Positions 18,114 to 28,125 of a stretch of 64,000 nt of DNA are shown one piece after another. The stretch is from NCBI GenBank assembly GCA_963700145.1, contig OY969474.1:5024001-5088000 (forward strand), written 5' to 3'. This stretch comes from an uncultured Acidobacteriota bacterium (GTDB lineage: Bacteria > Acidobacteriota > Thermoanaerobaculia > Multivoradales > UBA5704). Under the pieces are notes generated by a model. It had not been told where the DNA came from. It worked only from the letters and a program-made list of their open reading frames with translations, and did no database searches. A program made the translations under genes and the position numbers. Every line of letters starts with the position of its first letter. Positions within the stretch are counted from its first letter, which is position 1.

Positions 18114-18530
18114 TCACCCGCCCGCCAGCCGCCGGAACGGCTCGCGCAGCGGCTCGGGGGTGAGGCAGGGCTTGCCGGTGGCGCGGGCGATCCAGACGTG
18201 CTCGGTGGCGCCGCTGACCAGGAGCTCGCCCTCGCGCCGCACCTCGTAGGCGAAGCGGAGGCCGCGGCTCCCCAGACGCTCGATCCAGCAGGCGACGCGC
18301 GGGGTCTCGCCGTAGCGCGCCGACTTGCGGTACCGCACCTCGACCGCCGTCACCATCAGCAGCCAGCCCATCTTCTCGATGTCGGCGTAGCTGAGCCCCG
18401 AGAGCGCGCAGAGGTGCGTGCGCGCCAGCTCGAACCAGACCACGTACTGCGAGTGGTGGACGACCGCCATCTGGTCGGTCTCGGCGTAGCGGACCTCGAC
18501 GTCCATCTCGTGGCGCACCGGCTCAGCCAT
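18114..18530 (-). CDS. acyl-CoA thioesterase (YbgC/FadM, 4HBT family)
   Basis: VRYAETDQMAVVHHSQYVVWFELAR. Confidence 0.9.
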   Translation of the reverse strand: MAEPVRHEMDVEVRYAETDQMAVVHHSQYVVWFELARTHLCALSGLSYADIEKMGWLLMVTAVEVRYRKSARYGETPRVACWIERLGSRGLRFAYEVRREGELLVSGATEHVWIARATGKPCLTPEPLREPFRRLAGG

Positions 18531-19251
18531 CGTTTCCTCCCGCGCTTCCCACGCTGTGGCGCAGCACCGTCCAGAGGATCTTGTGGCCGGCGCGCAGGGT
18601 GCCGGCGACGGTGCCGGTGATCTTCGAGACGCCCACCCGCCGGCGGTAGGAGACCGGCACCTCGGCGACGCGCAGCCCGCGGCGCAGCGCCTTGACCTGC
18701 ATCTCGGCCGTCCAGCCGAAGTCGGGGTCGGACATGCCGAGCCGCTCGAGCGCCGCCCAACGCACGGCGCGGAAGGGCCCGAGGTCGGTGTAGCGGTGGC
18801 CGTAGAGCAGCCGGATCAGCGCGCAGGCAACGAGGTTCCCGGCCCGCGCCTGCGGCAGCAGCGCCCCCGGCTCCCGCTCGCCGAGGATCCGCGAGCCGAC
18901 GACCAGGTCCGCCGCGCCGGCCAGGATCGGCGCCACCAGGCGCGGCAGCTCGTCGGGGTGGTCGGAGTAGTCGGCGTCCACGAAGACCACGACCTCCGGC
19001 GGGTCGTTGGCGCGCAGCCAAGCGAGCGCCGCGAGACACGCGCTGCCGTAGCCGCGCCGGCGGGCCTCCACCACGACCGCGCCGCCGCGCCGCGCCGCCT
19101 CGGCGGTGCCGTCGCGCGAGCCGTTGTCGGCCACCACCACCCGCCGCACCGGCGGCCGCGGCAGGTCGGCGAGGACGAGCGGCAGCGAGCGCTCCTCGTT
19201 GAGTGCGGGGATCACCACGTCGATCGCCGCCTCCGCCTCGGGCCGGGACAC
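18523..19251 (-). CDS. glycosyltransferase family 2
   Basis: Motifs VVIPALNEE, DNGSRDGT, FVDADYSD, TDLGPFRA and WTAEMQ. Confidence 0.92.
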   Translation of the reverse strand: MSRPEAEAAIDVVIPALNEERSLPLVLADLPRPPVRRVVVADNGSRDGTAEAARRGGAVVVEARRRGYGSACLAALAWLRANDPPEVVVFVDADYSDHPDELPRLVAPILAGAADLVVGSRILGEREPGALLPQARAGNLVACALIRLLYGHRYTDLGPFRAVRWAALERLGMSDPDFGWTAEMQVKALRRGLRVAEVPVSYRRRVGVSKITGTVAGTLRAGHKILWTVLRHSVGSAGGNDG

Positions 19252-19302
19252 CGGCGGATCTTACTTGGGAGCCGCGCGCGTCCTGTGCGATGCTGTGCCG
19301 GC

Positions 19303-19887
19303 ATGCAGACCCGCATTGCCCTCCTGGCCTTGGCCGCCTCGATTCTGCTCCCCGCCGCCGGCACGGCGACGGCCGCGGCCGCGGAGCCGCCGCCTCCGGC
19401 GGTCGCCGCAACCCGCCGTCTGACCCTGCCGAAGGTGACGGACAGGGCGTTCCCTTACACCGTCGAGGTCCCCACCGACTGGGGGGTGCGCGACGTGCCG
19501 AACAGCCCCGGCGGCGTGTGGATCGGCCGCCCCGGCGCGGAGCCGGACAAGGACCCGCACATGCTCTACGTGCGCTGGTCGCCCGCGAGCCTCGCGGACC
19601 CGCAGAAGGTCGTCGCCTCGATCCGCGCCGGCGACGAGAAGGCGAGTGCCTGGACGGCGCCGGTGCTCGAGGTGCGCGAGGTGGGGGGGGTCCGCGGCGT
19701 CCTGGTGCAGCTCGACAGCGGCGAAGGGGAGGCGGCGCGCAGCACGCTCGCGTTGAAGCTCCCCGCGGACCAAGGGAGCGTCGACTTCCTGGTGTCGGCC
19801 CGCCGCGCCGACTTCGTGCGCCTGCGGCCGCTCTTCACGCAGCTCCTGGACTCGGTGCGGCGGGCGGAGACGCCCGCCGGCCGCTGA
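19303..19887 (+). CDS. hypothetical exported protein
   Basis: Signal peptide MQTRIALLALAASILLP. YTVEVPTDW and the terminal LLDSVR resemble PsbP/DcrB-like folds (tentative). Confidence 0.65.
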   Translation: MQTRIALLALAASILLPAAGTATAAAAEPPPPAVAATRRLTLPKVTDRAFPYTVEVPTDWGVRDVPNSPGGVWIGRPGAEPDKDPHMLYVRWSPASLADPQKVVASIRAGDEKASAWTAPVLEVREVGGVRGVLVQLDSGEGEAARSTLALKLPADQGSVDFLVSARRADFVRLRPLFTQLLDSVRRAETPAGR

Positions 19888-19890
19888 CGC

Positions 19891-20418
19891 TTGCCCCTCC
19901 ACCCCTACAACGGCGTCCGGCCGCGCCTGGGCCAGCGGGTCTTCCTGGCCCCCGGGGCGCACGTCGCCGGCGACGTCGAGGTGGGCGACGACGTCTCCTT
20001 CTGGTTCCACACCGTGGCGCGCGGCGACGTCAACTCGATCCGCATCGGCGCGCGCACCAACGTCCAGGACGGCAGCGTCCTGCACGTCACCCACGAGCGG
20101 CACGCCCTGGCGCTCGGCGCCGGCGTGGTCGTCGGCCACCAGGCGGTCCTCCACGGCTGCACCGTCGAGGACGGGGCGCTGATCGGCATCGGCGCGCGGG
20201 TGCTGGACGGCGCGGTCGTCGAGGCCGGCGCGCAGGTGGGGGCCGGCGCCGTGGTGGCGCCGGGAGCGCGCGTGCCGGCCGGGCACCTCGCTCTTGGGGT
20301 GCCGGCGCGGGTGGCGCGGCCGCTGACCGACGAGGAGCGCCGCGCGATCGGCGACATCGCCGAGCGCTACGTGGCGCTCAAGGACCGCTACCTCGCGGCG
20401 CTGGGGGAGGAGCGGTGA
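19891..20418 (+). CDS. gamma carbonic anhydrase family protein
   Basis: RGDVNSIRIGARTNVQDGSVLH, GHQAVLHGC and hexapeptide repeats. Confidence 0.92.
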   Translation: MPLHPYNGVRPRLGQRVFLAPGAHVAGDVEVGDDVSFWFHTVARGDVNSIRIGARTNVQDGSVLHVTHERHALALGAGVVVGHQAVLHGCTVEDGALIGIGARVLDGAVVEAGAQVGAGAVVAPGARVPAGHLALGVPARVARPLTDEERRAIGDIAERYVALKDRYLAALGEER

Positions 20419-21776
20419 GCGACGGCAAGGTGCGCAGCGTCAAGGGGACGCGCGACCTGCTGCCGCCGGAGACGGCGGTCTGGGCGGCGGTCGAGGCGGT
20501 GGCGCGGCGCGTCTTCACCGCCTACGGCTACGGCGAGGTGCGCACGCCGGTGCTCGAGGAGACCGAGCTCTTCGTGCGCAGCGTCGGCGAGACGACCGAC
20601 ATCGTCGGCAAGGAGATGTACACCTTCCCCGACAAGAAGGGGCGGAGCCTGACGCTGCGGCCGGAGAACACGGCGCCGGTGGTGCGCGCCTTCGTCGAGC
20701 ACGGCCTGCACCAGCTGCCGGCGCCGGTCAAGCTCTTCTACATCGGGCCGCAGTTCCGCTACGAGCGGCCGCAGGCGGGGCGCTACCGGCAGTTCCACCA
20801 GATCGGCGCCGAGCTGCTCGGCGACCCGGGGCCGCTCTCCGACGCCGAGCTGCTCCTGATGCTCGTCCGCTTCCTCGAGGAGCTGGGGTTCGGCTCGCTC
20901 GTCGTGCTGCTCAACACGGTGGGTGACGAGGCCTCGCGCGCCGCCTACCGGCAGGCGCTGCGCGACTACCTCGAGCCGCGGCGCGCGGCGCTCGGCGAGG
21001 ACAGCCGCCGCCGGCTCGACACCAACCCGCTGCGCATCCTCGACAGCAAGGACCCGGCGGAGCGCGAGCTGCTGGCCGGCGCGCCGGCGCTCGCCGACCA
21101 CCTGAGCGAGGAGGCCCGCGCCCACTTCGCCGCAGTCGTGGCGATGCTCGACCGCTTCGGCGTCCGCTACCGGATCGAAGACCGCCTGGTGCGCGGGCTC
21201 GACTACTACACGCGCACGGTCTTCGAGATCGTCGCCGAGGGCCTGGGGGCGCAGGACGCGATCGTCGGCGGCGGGCGCTACGACCGGCTCGTCGCCGAGC
21301 TGGGCGGCCCCGAGGTGCCGGGGATCGGCTTCGCGATCGGCGAGGACCGGTTGATCGACGTGCTGCCGCAGGCGTTCCGCGACGCGCACGCCCCGCCGGC
21401 GCCTGTCCTCGTCACGGCGGTGGGCGGGGTGGGAGCGGAGGAGGTCCTGGCGCTGGCGGAGGAGCTACGGCGCGCTGGCGTCGCGGCCCTCGCCGAGCTC
21501 TCCGGCCGCGCGCTCAAGAACGCGCTCAAGCGGGCGGACCGGCTGGGCGTGCGCCGGGTGGCGATCCTGGGCGACGAGGAGCTGGCGGCCGGCAAGGTGA
21601 CGCTCAAGAATCTCGCGAGCGGCGAGCAGGTGAGGTTGCCACGCGCAGAGCTCCCCACCCAGATCCTTCGCTACGCTCAGGATGACGAGGGAGGTTGGAT
21701 GCCGAGCACGAGCCCGATACGTCATCCTGAGCGAAGCGAAGGATCTGGGCGGGGGAATGAGCAGAGGAAACCATGA
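20415..21776 (+). CDS. hisS: histidine--tRNA ligase, with a REP-derived C-terminal extension
   Basis: VKGTRD, LRPENTA, FRYERPQAGRYRQFHQ, LVRGLDYY and GGGRYD. GTG start at 20415. Confidence 0.97.
   Translation: MSDGKVRSVKGTRDLLPPETAVWAAVEAVARRVFTAYGYGEVRTPVLEETELFVRSVGETTDIVGKEMYTFPDKKGRSLTLRPENTAPVVRAFVEHGLHQLPAPVKLFYIGPQFRYERPQAGRYRQFHQIGAELLGDPGPLSDAELLLMLVRFLEELGFGSLVVLLNTVGDEASRAAYRQALRDYLEPRRAALGEDSRRRLDTNPLRILDSKDPAERELLAGAPALADHLSEEARAHFAAVVAMLDRFGVRYRIEDRLVRGLDYYTRTVFEIVAEGLGAQDAIVGGGRYDRLVAELGGPEVPGIGFAIGEDRLIDVLPQAFRDAHAPPAPVLVTAVGGVGAEEVLALAEELRRAGVAALAELSGRALKNALKRADRLGVRRVAILGDEELAAGKVTLKNLASGEQVRLPRAELPTQILRYAQDDEGGWMPSTSPIRHPERSEGSGRGNEQRKP
21652..21756. repeat. REP-like inverted pair inside the hisS 3' end
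   Basis: cccagatccttcgctacgctcaggatgacg (21658-21687) and cgtcatcctgagcgaagcgaaggatctggg (21720-21749). Confidence 0.9.
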
Positions 21777-23557
21777 AGCGTAGAGGCGCAGGGACGCTAA
21801 GGAGCGAAGACGTCGGCCACAAGGTCCTGCTCCAGGCCTGGGTGCAGCGCCGGCGCGACCACGGCGGGGTCATGTTCCTCGACCTCCGCGACCGCAGCGG
21901 CATCGCGCAGGTGGTCGTCAAGCCGGAGGAGCAAGCGGCGGCCGCCGCGGCCCTGGCCGACGTGCGCGCCGAATGGGTCGTGGAGATCGAGGGCCAGGTC
22001 GTCGAGCGCGCGCCGGAGAACGTCAACCCGCAGCTCCCGACCGGCGCCTTCGAGGTGCTGGCCGAGCGCGCCGCCGTGCTCGCGCAGTCCGAGCCGCTGC
22101 CCTTCGCCGTCGACGCCCGCGCCGGCACCGAGGCCGCCGAGGAGACCCGCCTCCGCCACCGCTACCTCGACCTCCGCCGCCCCGAGCTGCAGCAGAACTT
22201 CGTGCTCCGCGACCGGGTGGCGCTCGAGGTGCGCAACTACTTCCACGAGCGCGGCTTCCTCGACGTCGAGACGCCGATCCTGACGCGCTCGACGCCCGAG
22301 GGGGCGCGCGACTACCTGGTGCCGAGCCGCGTCCACCGCGGCAGCTTCTACGCCCTGCCGCAGTCGCCGCAGCTCTTCAAGCAGATCCTGCAGGTCGCCG
22401 GCTTCGAGCGCTACGTGCAGATCGCGCGCTGCTTCCGCGACGAGGACCTGCGCGCCGACCGCCAGCCGGAGTTCACGCAGATCGACCTCGAGATGTCCTT
22501 CGCCACGGAAGAGGACGTCTTCGAGCTGGTCGAGGGGCTCTTCGCGCGGGTCTTCCCGCTCGCCGGCATCACCCCGCCCGAGCGCTTTCGCCGCCTGACC
22601 TACGCCGAGGCGGTGGCGCGCTACGGCAGCGACCGCCCCGACCTGCGCTTCGAGCTGCCGATCGCCGACCTGACGACGCGGCTCGGCGAGAGCGGCTTCC
22701 GCGGCTTCCGCGAGGCGGCGGCGGCGGGCGGCGTGGTGCGCGGCTTCGCGGTGCCGGGGGCGGCGGGGGCGAGCAGGAAGGACGTGGACGGCTGGGCCGA
22801 GGCGGCGCGGCGGCGCGGCGCCGCGGGCGTCCTGACGCTGCGGCGGAAGGACGGCGAGCTGGCGTTCCAGGTCAAGGGCGCGCTCACGGAGGACGAGCTG
22901 GTCGGTGCCGCCGAGGCGCTCGGGCTCGAGGAGGGCGGGCTGGCGCTCCTCGCCGCCGGGCCGGAGCAGACCGTCGCCGCGGCGCTCGGCGCCCTCCGCC
23001 TCGACCTCGCCAGGACCTACGGCCTGGTGCCGGAGAAGCGCTACGAGTTCCTCTGGGTGACCGGCTTCCCGCTCGTCGAGTGGAACCCGGACGAGAAGCG
23101 CTGGGACTCGATGCACCACCCCTTCACCAGCCCCGACCCGGCGGACCTGCCGCTCCTCGACAGCGACCCCGGAGCGGTGCGCGCCCGCGCCTACGACGTG
23201 GTGCTCAACGGCACGGAGCTGGGCGGCGGCTCGATCCGCATCCACGACCCGCGCCTGCAGCGGCGGGTCTTCGAGCTGCTGGGCATCGGCGCGGAGGAGG
23301 CGCAGGCGCGCTTCGGGTTCTTCCTCGAGGCGTTGCGCTACGGCGCACCGCCCCACGGCGGCATCGCGCTCGGGCTCGACCGCATCGTGATGCTCCTCGC
23401 CGGCGCCACCTCCCTGCGCGAGGTCATCGCCTTCCCCAAGACGGCGCTCGCTAGCGACCTGATGACCGCGGCGCCCTCCACGGTCGACGAGCGGCAGCTC
23501 AAGGAGCTCGGGATCCAGAGCGTCCCGCCCCCAGATCCTTCGCTGCGCTCAGGATGA
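21773..23557 (+). CDS. aspS: aspartate--tRNA ligase
   Basis: RRRDHGG, TPEGARDYLVPSR, LPQSPQLFKQ, CFRDEDLRADRQPEFTQ and GAPPHGGIALGLDR. Confidence 0.97.
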   Translation: MKRRGAGTLRSEDVGHKVLLQAWVQRRRDHGGVMFLDLRDRSGIAQVVVKPEEQAAAAAALADVRAEWVVEIEGQVVERAPENVNPQLPTGAFEVLAERAAVLAQSEPLPFAVDARAGTEAAEETRLRHRYLDLRRPELQQNFVLRDRVALEVRNYFHERGFLDVETPILTRSTPEGARDYLVPSRVHRGSFYALPQSPQLFKQILQVAGFERYVQIARCFRDEDLRADRQPEFTQIDLEMSFATEEDVFELVEGLFARVFPLAGITPPERFRRLTYAEAVARYGSDRPDLRFELPIADLTTRLGESGFRGFREAAAAGGVVRGFAVPGAAGASRKDVDGWAEAARRRGAAGVLTLRRKDGELAFQVKGALTEDELVGAAEALGLEEGGLALLAAGPEQTVAAALGALRLDLARTYGLVPEKRYEFLWVTGFPLVEWNPDEKRWDSMHHPFTSPDPADLPLLDSDPGAVRARAYDVVLNGTELGGGSIRIHDPRLQRRVFELLGIGAEEAQARFGFFLEALRYGAPPHGGIALGLDRIVMLLAGATSLREVIAFPKTALASDLMTAAPSTVDERQLKELGIQSVPPPDPSLRSG

Positions 23558-23614
23558 CGTCGGGGGGGTGTACCACCGTTCAGCTGTCATCCTGAGCGAA
23601 GCGAAGGATCTGGG
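23530..23614. repeat. REP-like inverted pair supplying the stop codons of aspS and glpD
   Basis: cccagatccttcgctgcgctcaggatgac (23530-23558) and gtcatcctgagcgaagcgaaggatctggg (23586-23614). Confidence 0.9.
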
Positions 23615-25083
23615 CGGGGGAGCCCTGCGGCTGCGAACTCGGCTTCCGCGAGCATCCTGAAGCCCTCCACCTGCGCTTTTCTTTCCTCCTCGCTCCACCC
23701 GAGCTTCCCCCCCAACTCCGCCGCCGCCCCCGGCGCCGCCGCGAGGCAGGCCGGCAGGTCGAGCGGCCCCGGCTCGCGCCGCCGCAGCAGCAGGTCGTCG
23801 AGCGCCAGCGCCCAGTCGTCGTCCGCCTCCGGCGCCGCGAGCGGCAGTCGGTCCGTCACGCACGGCCCCGGCGCCCGCTCCAGCCGCGGGCCGATCTCCC
23901 GCAGCACGGCGTCCACGCAGTCCTCGGCCATGCGCCGGTGGCTGGTCAGCTTGCCGCCGGCGAGGACCCACACCCCCGGCGCCGCCCGCGCCACGACGTG
24001 CTTGCGCGACACGGCGCTGGGATGGACCCGCCCGTCGCGCGAGCGCTTCGCCACCAGCGGGCGAAGCCCCGCCCAGACACCGGTCACGTCGGCCGCGGCA
24101 AGGCCCTGCTCGGGGAACGCGTGATTGGCCATGCGCAGCAGGTAGTCGACATCGTTCCGGGTAGGGAGCACCGCTTCCGGCGGCGTGGTGTCGTCGTCGT
24201 CGGTGGTTCCGACGATCGTGTGCGCGCCCGCCGGCATGGCGAAGGCGAGCCGGCCGTCGTCGGGCGAGCGGAGCGCGACGTGGCAGGGCACGGGAAGACA
24301 GTTGCGGGGTAGAGCGACATGGGTGCCGCGCGTGGGCCGGAGGCGGACCGGCGTTCCGTCCAGCAGCTCGCGCCAGGGCCCGCAGCAGAGGACGATCGCG
24401 CGCGCCCCGACTCCGAAGCGGCGCCCGCCGATCGTGTCCTCCACCTCCAGCTCGCCGCTCCTTACCCGATCCCCGCCGCAGCGCGTCACCACCACCGCCC
24501 CGGCCGCCGCCGCGGAGCGCGCCAGCGCCACGACCAGCCGCGCGTCGTGGCACGCCGCGTCCTGGTAGACGGCGGCGCCGCGCAGCCCCGCGCGCCGCAG
24601 CCCGGGCGTCAGCGCGATCGCCTCCGCCGCGGAGAGCCGCCGGTGGCGCCCCAGCGAGTGCCCAGCCGCCAGGAGGTCGTAGAGATGGAGCCCCAGGCCC
24701 AGCCGCCAGAGCGGGTCGGGATCGCCCGTGTAGACCGGGTAGAGGAACTGGACCGGCCGCACCAGCTCCGGCGCCGTCGCCAGGAGCCGCCCGCGCTCCA
24801 CCAGCCCCTCGCGCACCAGCGCCAGGTCGCCGTGCGCCAGGTAGCGCAGGCCGCCATGGATCAGGCGCGACGAGCGGCTGGAGGCGCCGAAGGCGAGGTC
24901 GTGCCGCTCGACCAGCGCCACCCCGAGGCCGCGCAGCGCGGCGTCGCGCGCCACCGCCGCCCCGGAGGCGCCGCCGCCGACGACCAGGAGGTCCCAGCGC
25001 CGCCCGGCGAGCGCCGCGAGGTCGGCCTCGCGGGCGGGCGTCGAGCGGGGTGGCGCCAGCGGCGGCGGGGGAGAGTGCGGCAT
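23587..25083 (-). CDS. glpD: FAD-dependent glycerol-3-phosphate dehydrogenase/oxidase family protein
   Basis: DLLVVGGGASG, SSRSSRLIHGGLRYL, GTTD, WAGLRPL and GGKLTSHR. Start placed at MPHS. Confidence 0.88.
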   Translation of the reverse strand: MPHSPPPPLAPPRSTPAREADLAALAGRRWDLLVVGGGASGAAVARDAALRGLGVALVERHDLAFGASSRSSRLIHGGLRYLAHGDLALVREGLVERGRLLATAPELVRPVQFLYPVYTGDPDPLWRLGLGLHLYDLLAAGHSLGRHRRLSAAEAIALTPGLRRAGLRGAAVYQDAACHDARLVVALARSAAAAGAVVVTRCGGDRVRSGELEVEDTIGGRRFGVGARAIVLCCGPWRELLDGTPVRLRPTRGTHVALPRNCLPVPCHVALRSPDDGRLAFAMPAGAHTIVGTTDDDDTTPPEAVLPTRNDVDYLLRMANHAFPEQGLAAADVTGVWAGLRPLVAKRSRDGRVHPSAVSRKHVVARAAPGVWVLAGGKLTSHRRMAEDCVDAVLREIGPRLERAPGPCVTDRLPLAAPEADDDWALALDDLLLRRREPGPLDLPACLAAAPGAAAELGGKLGWSEEERKAQVEGFRMLAEAEFAAAGLPRPDPSLRSG

Positions 25084-25128
25084 CCGGATTGCAGCGCTTT
25101 CGCTCTCAGGAGGGGGAGAAAGGCCGCA

Positions 25129-25530
25129 ATGTATCCGCTCGAGGCCTCGCTCTCCTACACGCTGCCCGTGATCGCCCCCCAATCCGCTCCACCGGAACCC
25201 CCGGCCTTCGAGGAGGGGGACACGGTGATCGTCGGCCCCGAAGGGGTCCGCTTCGTCGCGCGCTCGGCGCCCGACGAGGGGCGGCCCGCCGGCGCCATCG
25301 CCCGCCAAAACGGCCGGAACGGCAAGCCGCTCGAGCTCCAGTGCCTCTACTGCGGCGGCCTGCTCCGCCGCGGTCAGGCGCCGGTGCGCGTCGTCCGCGA
25401 GGGCTACCGGCTGGAGTGCTCGCTCCCCGCCTGGGTCTGCAAGCGCTGCGACGAGCCCTACTTCGAGCCGCCCGAGGTGGCGCGCGTGCGGGAAGCCCTG
25501 CGCTTCGTCCGCCGCCGCGCCCGAACCTGA
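25129..25530 (+). CDS. YgiT-type zinc-finger protein
   Basis: CLYC...[13 protein letters not shown]; purine-rich RBS upstream. The start is uncertain. Confidence 0.65.
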   Translation: MYPLEASLSYTLPVIAPQSAPPEPPAFEEGDTVIVGPEGVRFVARSAPDEGRPAGAIARQNGRNGKPLELQCLYCGGLLRRGQAPVRVVREGYRLECSLPAWVCKRCDEPYFEPPEVARVREALRFVRRRART

Positions 25531-25534
25531 CCGC

Positions 25535-27355
25535 TTGCCCCTCCACGACGATCTAGCGGAGCCCGTCACCGGGCTCCGCAACCTCGCGATCATCGCCCAC
25601 GTCGACCACGGGAAGACCACCCTGGTCGACGCGATGCTCTGGCAGAGCGGCGTCTTCCGCGCCAACGAGTCGGTTGCCGAGCGGGTCATGGACTCGATCG
25701 ACCTCGAGCGCGAGAAGGGGATCACGATCATGGCCAAGAACACGGCCGTGATCTACCACGGCACCCGCATCAACATCGTCGACACGCCGGGGCACGCCGA
25801 CTTCGGCGGCGAGGTGGAGCGGACGCTCAAGATGGTGGACGGCGTCCTGCTCCTGGTCGACGCCAGCGAGGGGCCGCTGCCGCAGACCCGCTTCGTGCTG
25901 CGCAAGGCGCTGGAGGCGCGGCTGGCGCCGATCGTGGTGATCAACAAGATCGACCGCCCCGACGCCCGTCCGGCCGAGGTGCTCGACGAGATCTACGACC
26001 TCTTCATCGACCTCGACGCCGCCGAGGAGCTGCTCGACTTCCCGGTGCTCTACGCCAACGCCCGCGCCGGCACCTGCCGCCGCACGCCGGACGGCCCGGA
26101 CGAGCTCTTGGTGCCGCTCTTCGAGGAGATCCTGCGCACCGTGCCGCCGCCGCGCTTCGACCCGGCGGCGCCGCTGCAGATGCTGGTCACCACCCTCGAC
26201 TACGACGACTACGTCGGGCGGCTGGCGATCGGGCGGATGGTCAACGGCCGCCTCCGCCGCGGCCAGCCGATCGTCCTCTGCCGGCTGGACGGCACGACCG
26301 CCGCCGCCAAGGCGGCGATCCTCTACGGCTGGGACGGGCTCACGCGCGTCGAGATCGAGGAGGCCGGACCGGGCGACATCCTCGCCCTCGCCGGCCTGGC
26401 CGAGGTGTCGATCGGCGAGACCGTGGCCGATCCCGAGGACCCGCGGCCGCTGCCGACGATCCAGGTCGACGAGCCGACGATCGCCATGGTCTTCTCGGCC
26501 AACGACTCGCCGTTCTCGGGGCGCGACGGCAGGCACGTCACTTCGCGCAAGCTAAGGGAGCGGCTGGACAAGGAGACCCTGACCAACGTCTCCATCCGCG
26601 TCGAGCCCACCGGCTCGCCCGACGCCTTCCAGGTCTCCGGCCGCGGCGAGCTGCAGCTCGCGATCCTCATCGAGATGATGCGGCGCGAGGGCTACGAGCT
26701 GGCGGTGGGGAAGCCCGAGGCGCTCACCCGCCGCGTGGACGGCAAGCTCCTCGAGCCGATGGAGATGCTGACCGTCGACTGCCCGGAGGAGTTCATCGGC
26801 GCCGTCACCCAGCAGATGGGGGGGCGGCGCGGGCGGATGATGAAGATGGTCAACCACGGCTCGGGCCGCGTGCGCATGGAGTTCCGCGTCCCTTCGCGCG
26901 GCCTGATCGGCTTCCGCGGCGAGCTCCTCACCGACACCAAGGGCACCGGCATCATGAACCACCTCTTCGACGGCTGGGAGGAGTGGCAGGGGGAGATCGC
27001 CGGCCGCGAGACCGGCGCCCTGGTCGCCGACCGCGCCGGCCGCACCACCGCCTACGCCATCGAGCACCTGCAGCCGCGCGGCACGCTCTTCGTGGCACCG
27101 GGCGACGAGGTCTACGCCGGCATGGTCGTCGGCGAGCACAACCGCGAGAACGACCTCGACGTCAACATCGTGCGCGAGAAGAAGCTCACCAACATGCGCG
27201 CCTCGGGATCCGAGGAGCTGGTGCGGCTGGTGCCGCCGCGGCTCTTCAATCTGGAGCAGGCGCTCGAGTTCCTGCGCGACGACGAGCTGGTCGAAGCCAC
27301 GCCCGGCAGCCTCCGCCTGCGCAAGCGGGCATTGGCTGCAAACCTGCGCAAATAG
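25535..27355 (+). CDS. typA: translational GTPase TypA/BipA
   Basis: [39 protein letters not shown] and KKLTNMRA. Confidence 0.97.
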   Translation: MPLHDDLAEPVTGLRNLAIIAHVDHGKTTLVDAMLWQSGVFRANESVAERVMDSIDLEREKGITIMAKNTAVIYHGTRINIVDTPGHADFGGEVERTLKMVDGVLLLVDASEGPLPQTRFVLRKALEARLAPIVVINKIDRPDARPAEVLDEIYDLFIDLDAAEELLDFPVLYANARAGTCRRTPDGPDELLVPLFEEILRTVPPPRFDPAAPLQMLVTTLDYDDYVGRLAIGRMVNGRLRRGQPIVLCRLDGTTAAAKAAILYGWDGLTRVEIEEAGPGDILALAGLAEVSIGETVADPEDPRPLPTIQVDEPTIAMVFSANDSPFSGRDGRHVTSRKLRERLDKETLTNVSIRVEPTGSPDAFQVSGRGELQLAILIEMMRREGYELAVGKPEALTRRVDGKLLEPMEMLTVDCPEEFIGAVTQQMGGRRGRMMKMVNHGSGRVRMEFRVPSRGLIGFRGELLTDTKGTGIMNHLFDGWEEWQGEIAGRETGALVADRAGRTTAYAIEHLQPRGTLFVAPGDEVYAGMVVGEHNRENDLDVNIVREKKLTNMRASGSEELVRLVPPRLFNLEQALEFLRDDELVEATPGSLRLRKRALAANLRK

Positions 27356-27371
27356 CTTTAACCCCACAAAC

Positions 27372-27387
27372 TGGCCTGGGGCTTGCA
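27372..27387 (+). promoter_or_regulatory. sigma54-type -24/-12 promoter
   Basis: tGGcctggggcttGCa = GG-N10-GC with TTGCA. Confidence 0.55.
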
Positions 27388-27513
27388 GAAATGGCCCTTC
27401 CGCCGGCGGCGCGGCCGCTCGTACGACCCCATCGCGGGGTCACCGCGCATCCGGCCCAACGGCGGGAGGGTGTGCTTCCCTCCCTGGACGAAGCGACTTC
27501 GGAGGTTTGTGTC

Positions 27514-28071
27514 ATGAGAAAGCACCTGTGGCTCTTCGCGCTCGTCGCGCTGCTCGCCGCGAGCCCCGCTGCGGCGGACAACAGCTTCGGTCTGTTCGGG
27601 ACCTTCTACGACACCGAGGACGTGGACTCTTCGGCGGGCGGCGGCATCCGCACCCGCCTGGGCTGGTTCGACCTGCGCGCCTCGTTCCTGAACGACCTCA
27701 CCCGCGACACCTCGCCCGAGCGGCTGGACTTCGAGCTCCAGGCCGTGCCGCTCGAGGCCGGCGTGGCGTTCAGCTTCATGGAGAACGGCTCCTGGTCGCC
27801 CTACGCGGGCGGCGGCTTCTCGTACATGATGCTCGACAGCGACGAGGTCGAGATCGACGACGAGGCCGGCTTCTATGCCGTGCTGGGCAGCGACTTCGGC
27901 ATGCGCGACAACCTCAACTTCATGGTCGAGGCGATCTACCGCAACATGGAGGCGACGGTGGACCGCGACCCGCGGAACCTGAGCGGGGTCGACGACATCA
28001 CCCTCGAGGAGGAGTCGACGGTCGAGCTGGGCGGCCTCGGCGTCAACGCCGGGCTCTCCTGGCGGTTCTAG
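27514..28071 (+). CDS. small outer-membrane beta-barrel protein (OmpW/porin-like)
   Basis: RBS ggagg, signal peptide, SPYAGGG, and C-terminal GVNAGLSWRF. Confidence 0.85.
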   Translation: MRKHLWLFALVALLAASPAAADNSFGLFGTFYDTEDVDSSAGGGIRTRLGWFDLRASFLNDLTRDTSPERLDFELQAVPLEAGVAFSFMENGSWSPYAGGGFSYMMLDSDEVEIDDEAGFYAVLGSDFGMRDNLNFMVEAIYRNMEATVDRDPRNLSGVDDITLEEESTVELGGLGVNAGLSWRF

Positions 28072-28092
28072 TCTCCCCCCTCGACACCCGTA

Positions 28093-28125
28093 GCGCCCGG
28101 CCTACGTGCCGGGCGTTTTTCTTTT
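28093..28125 (+). terminator. intrinsic terminator
   Basis: gcgcccggc-ctacgt-gccgggcgt followed by ttttctttt. Confidence 0.8.
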
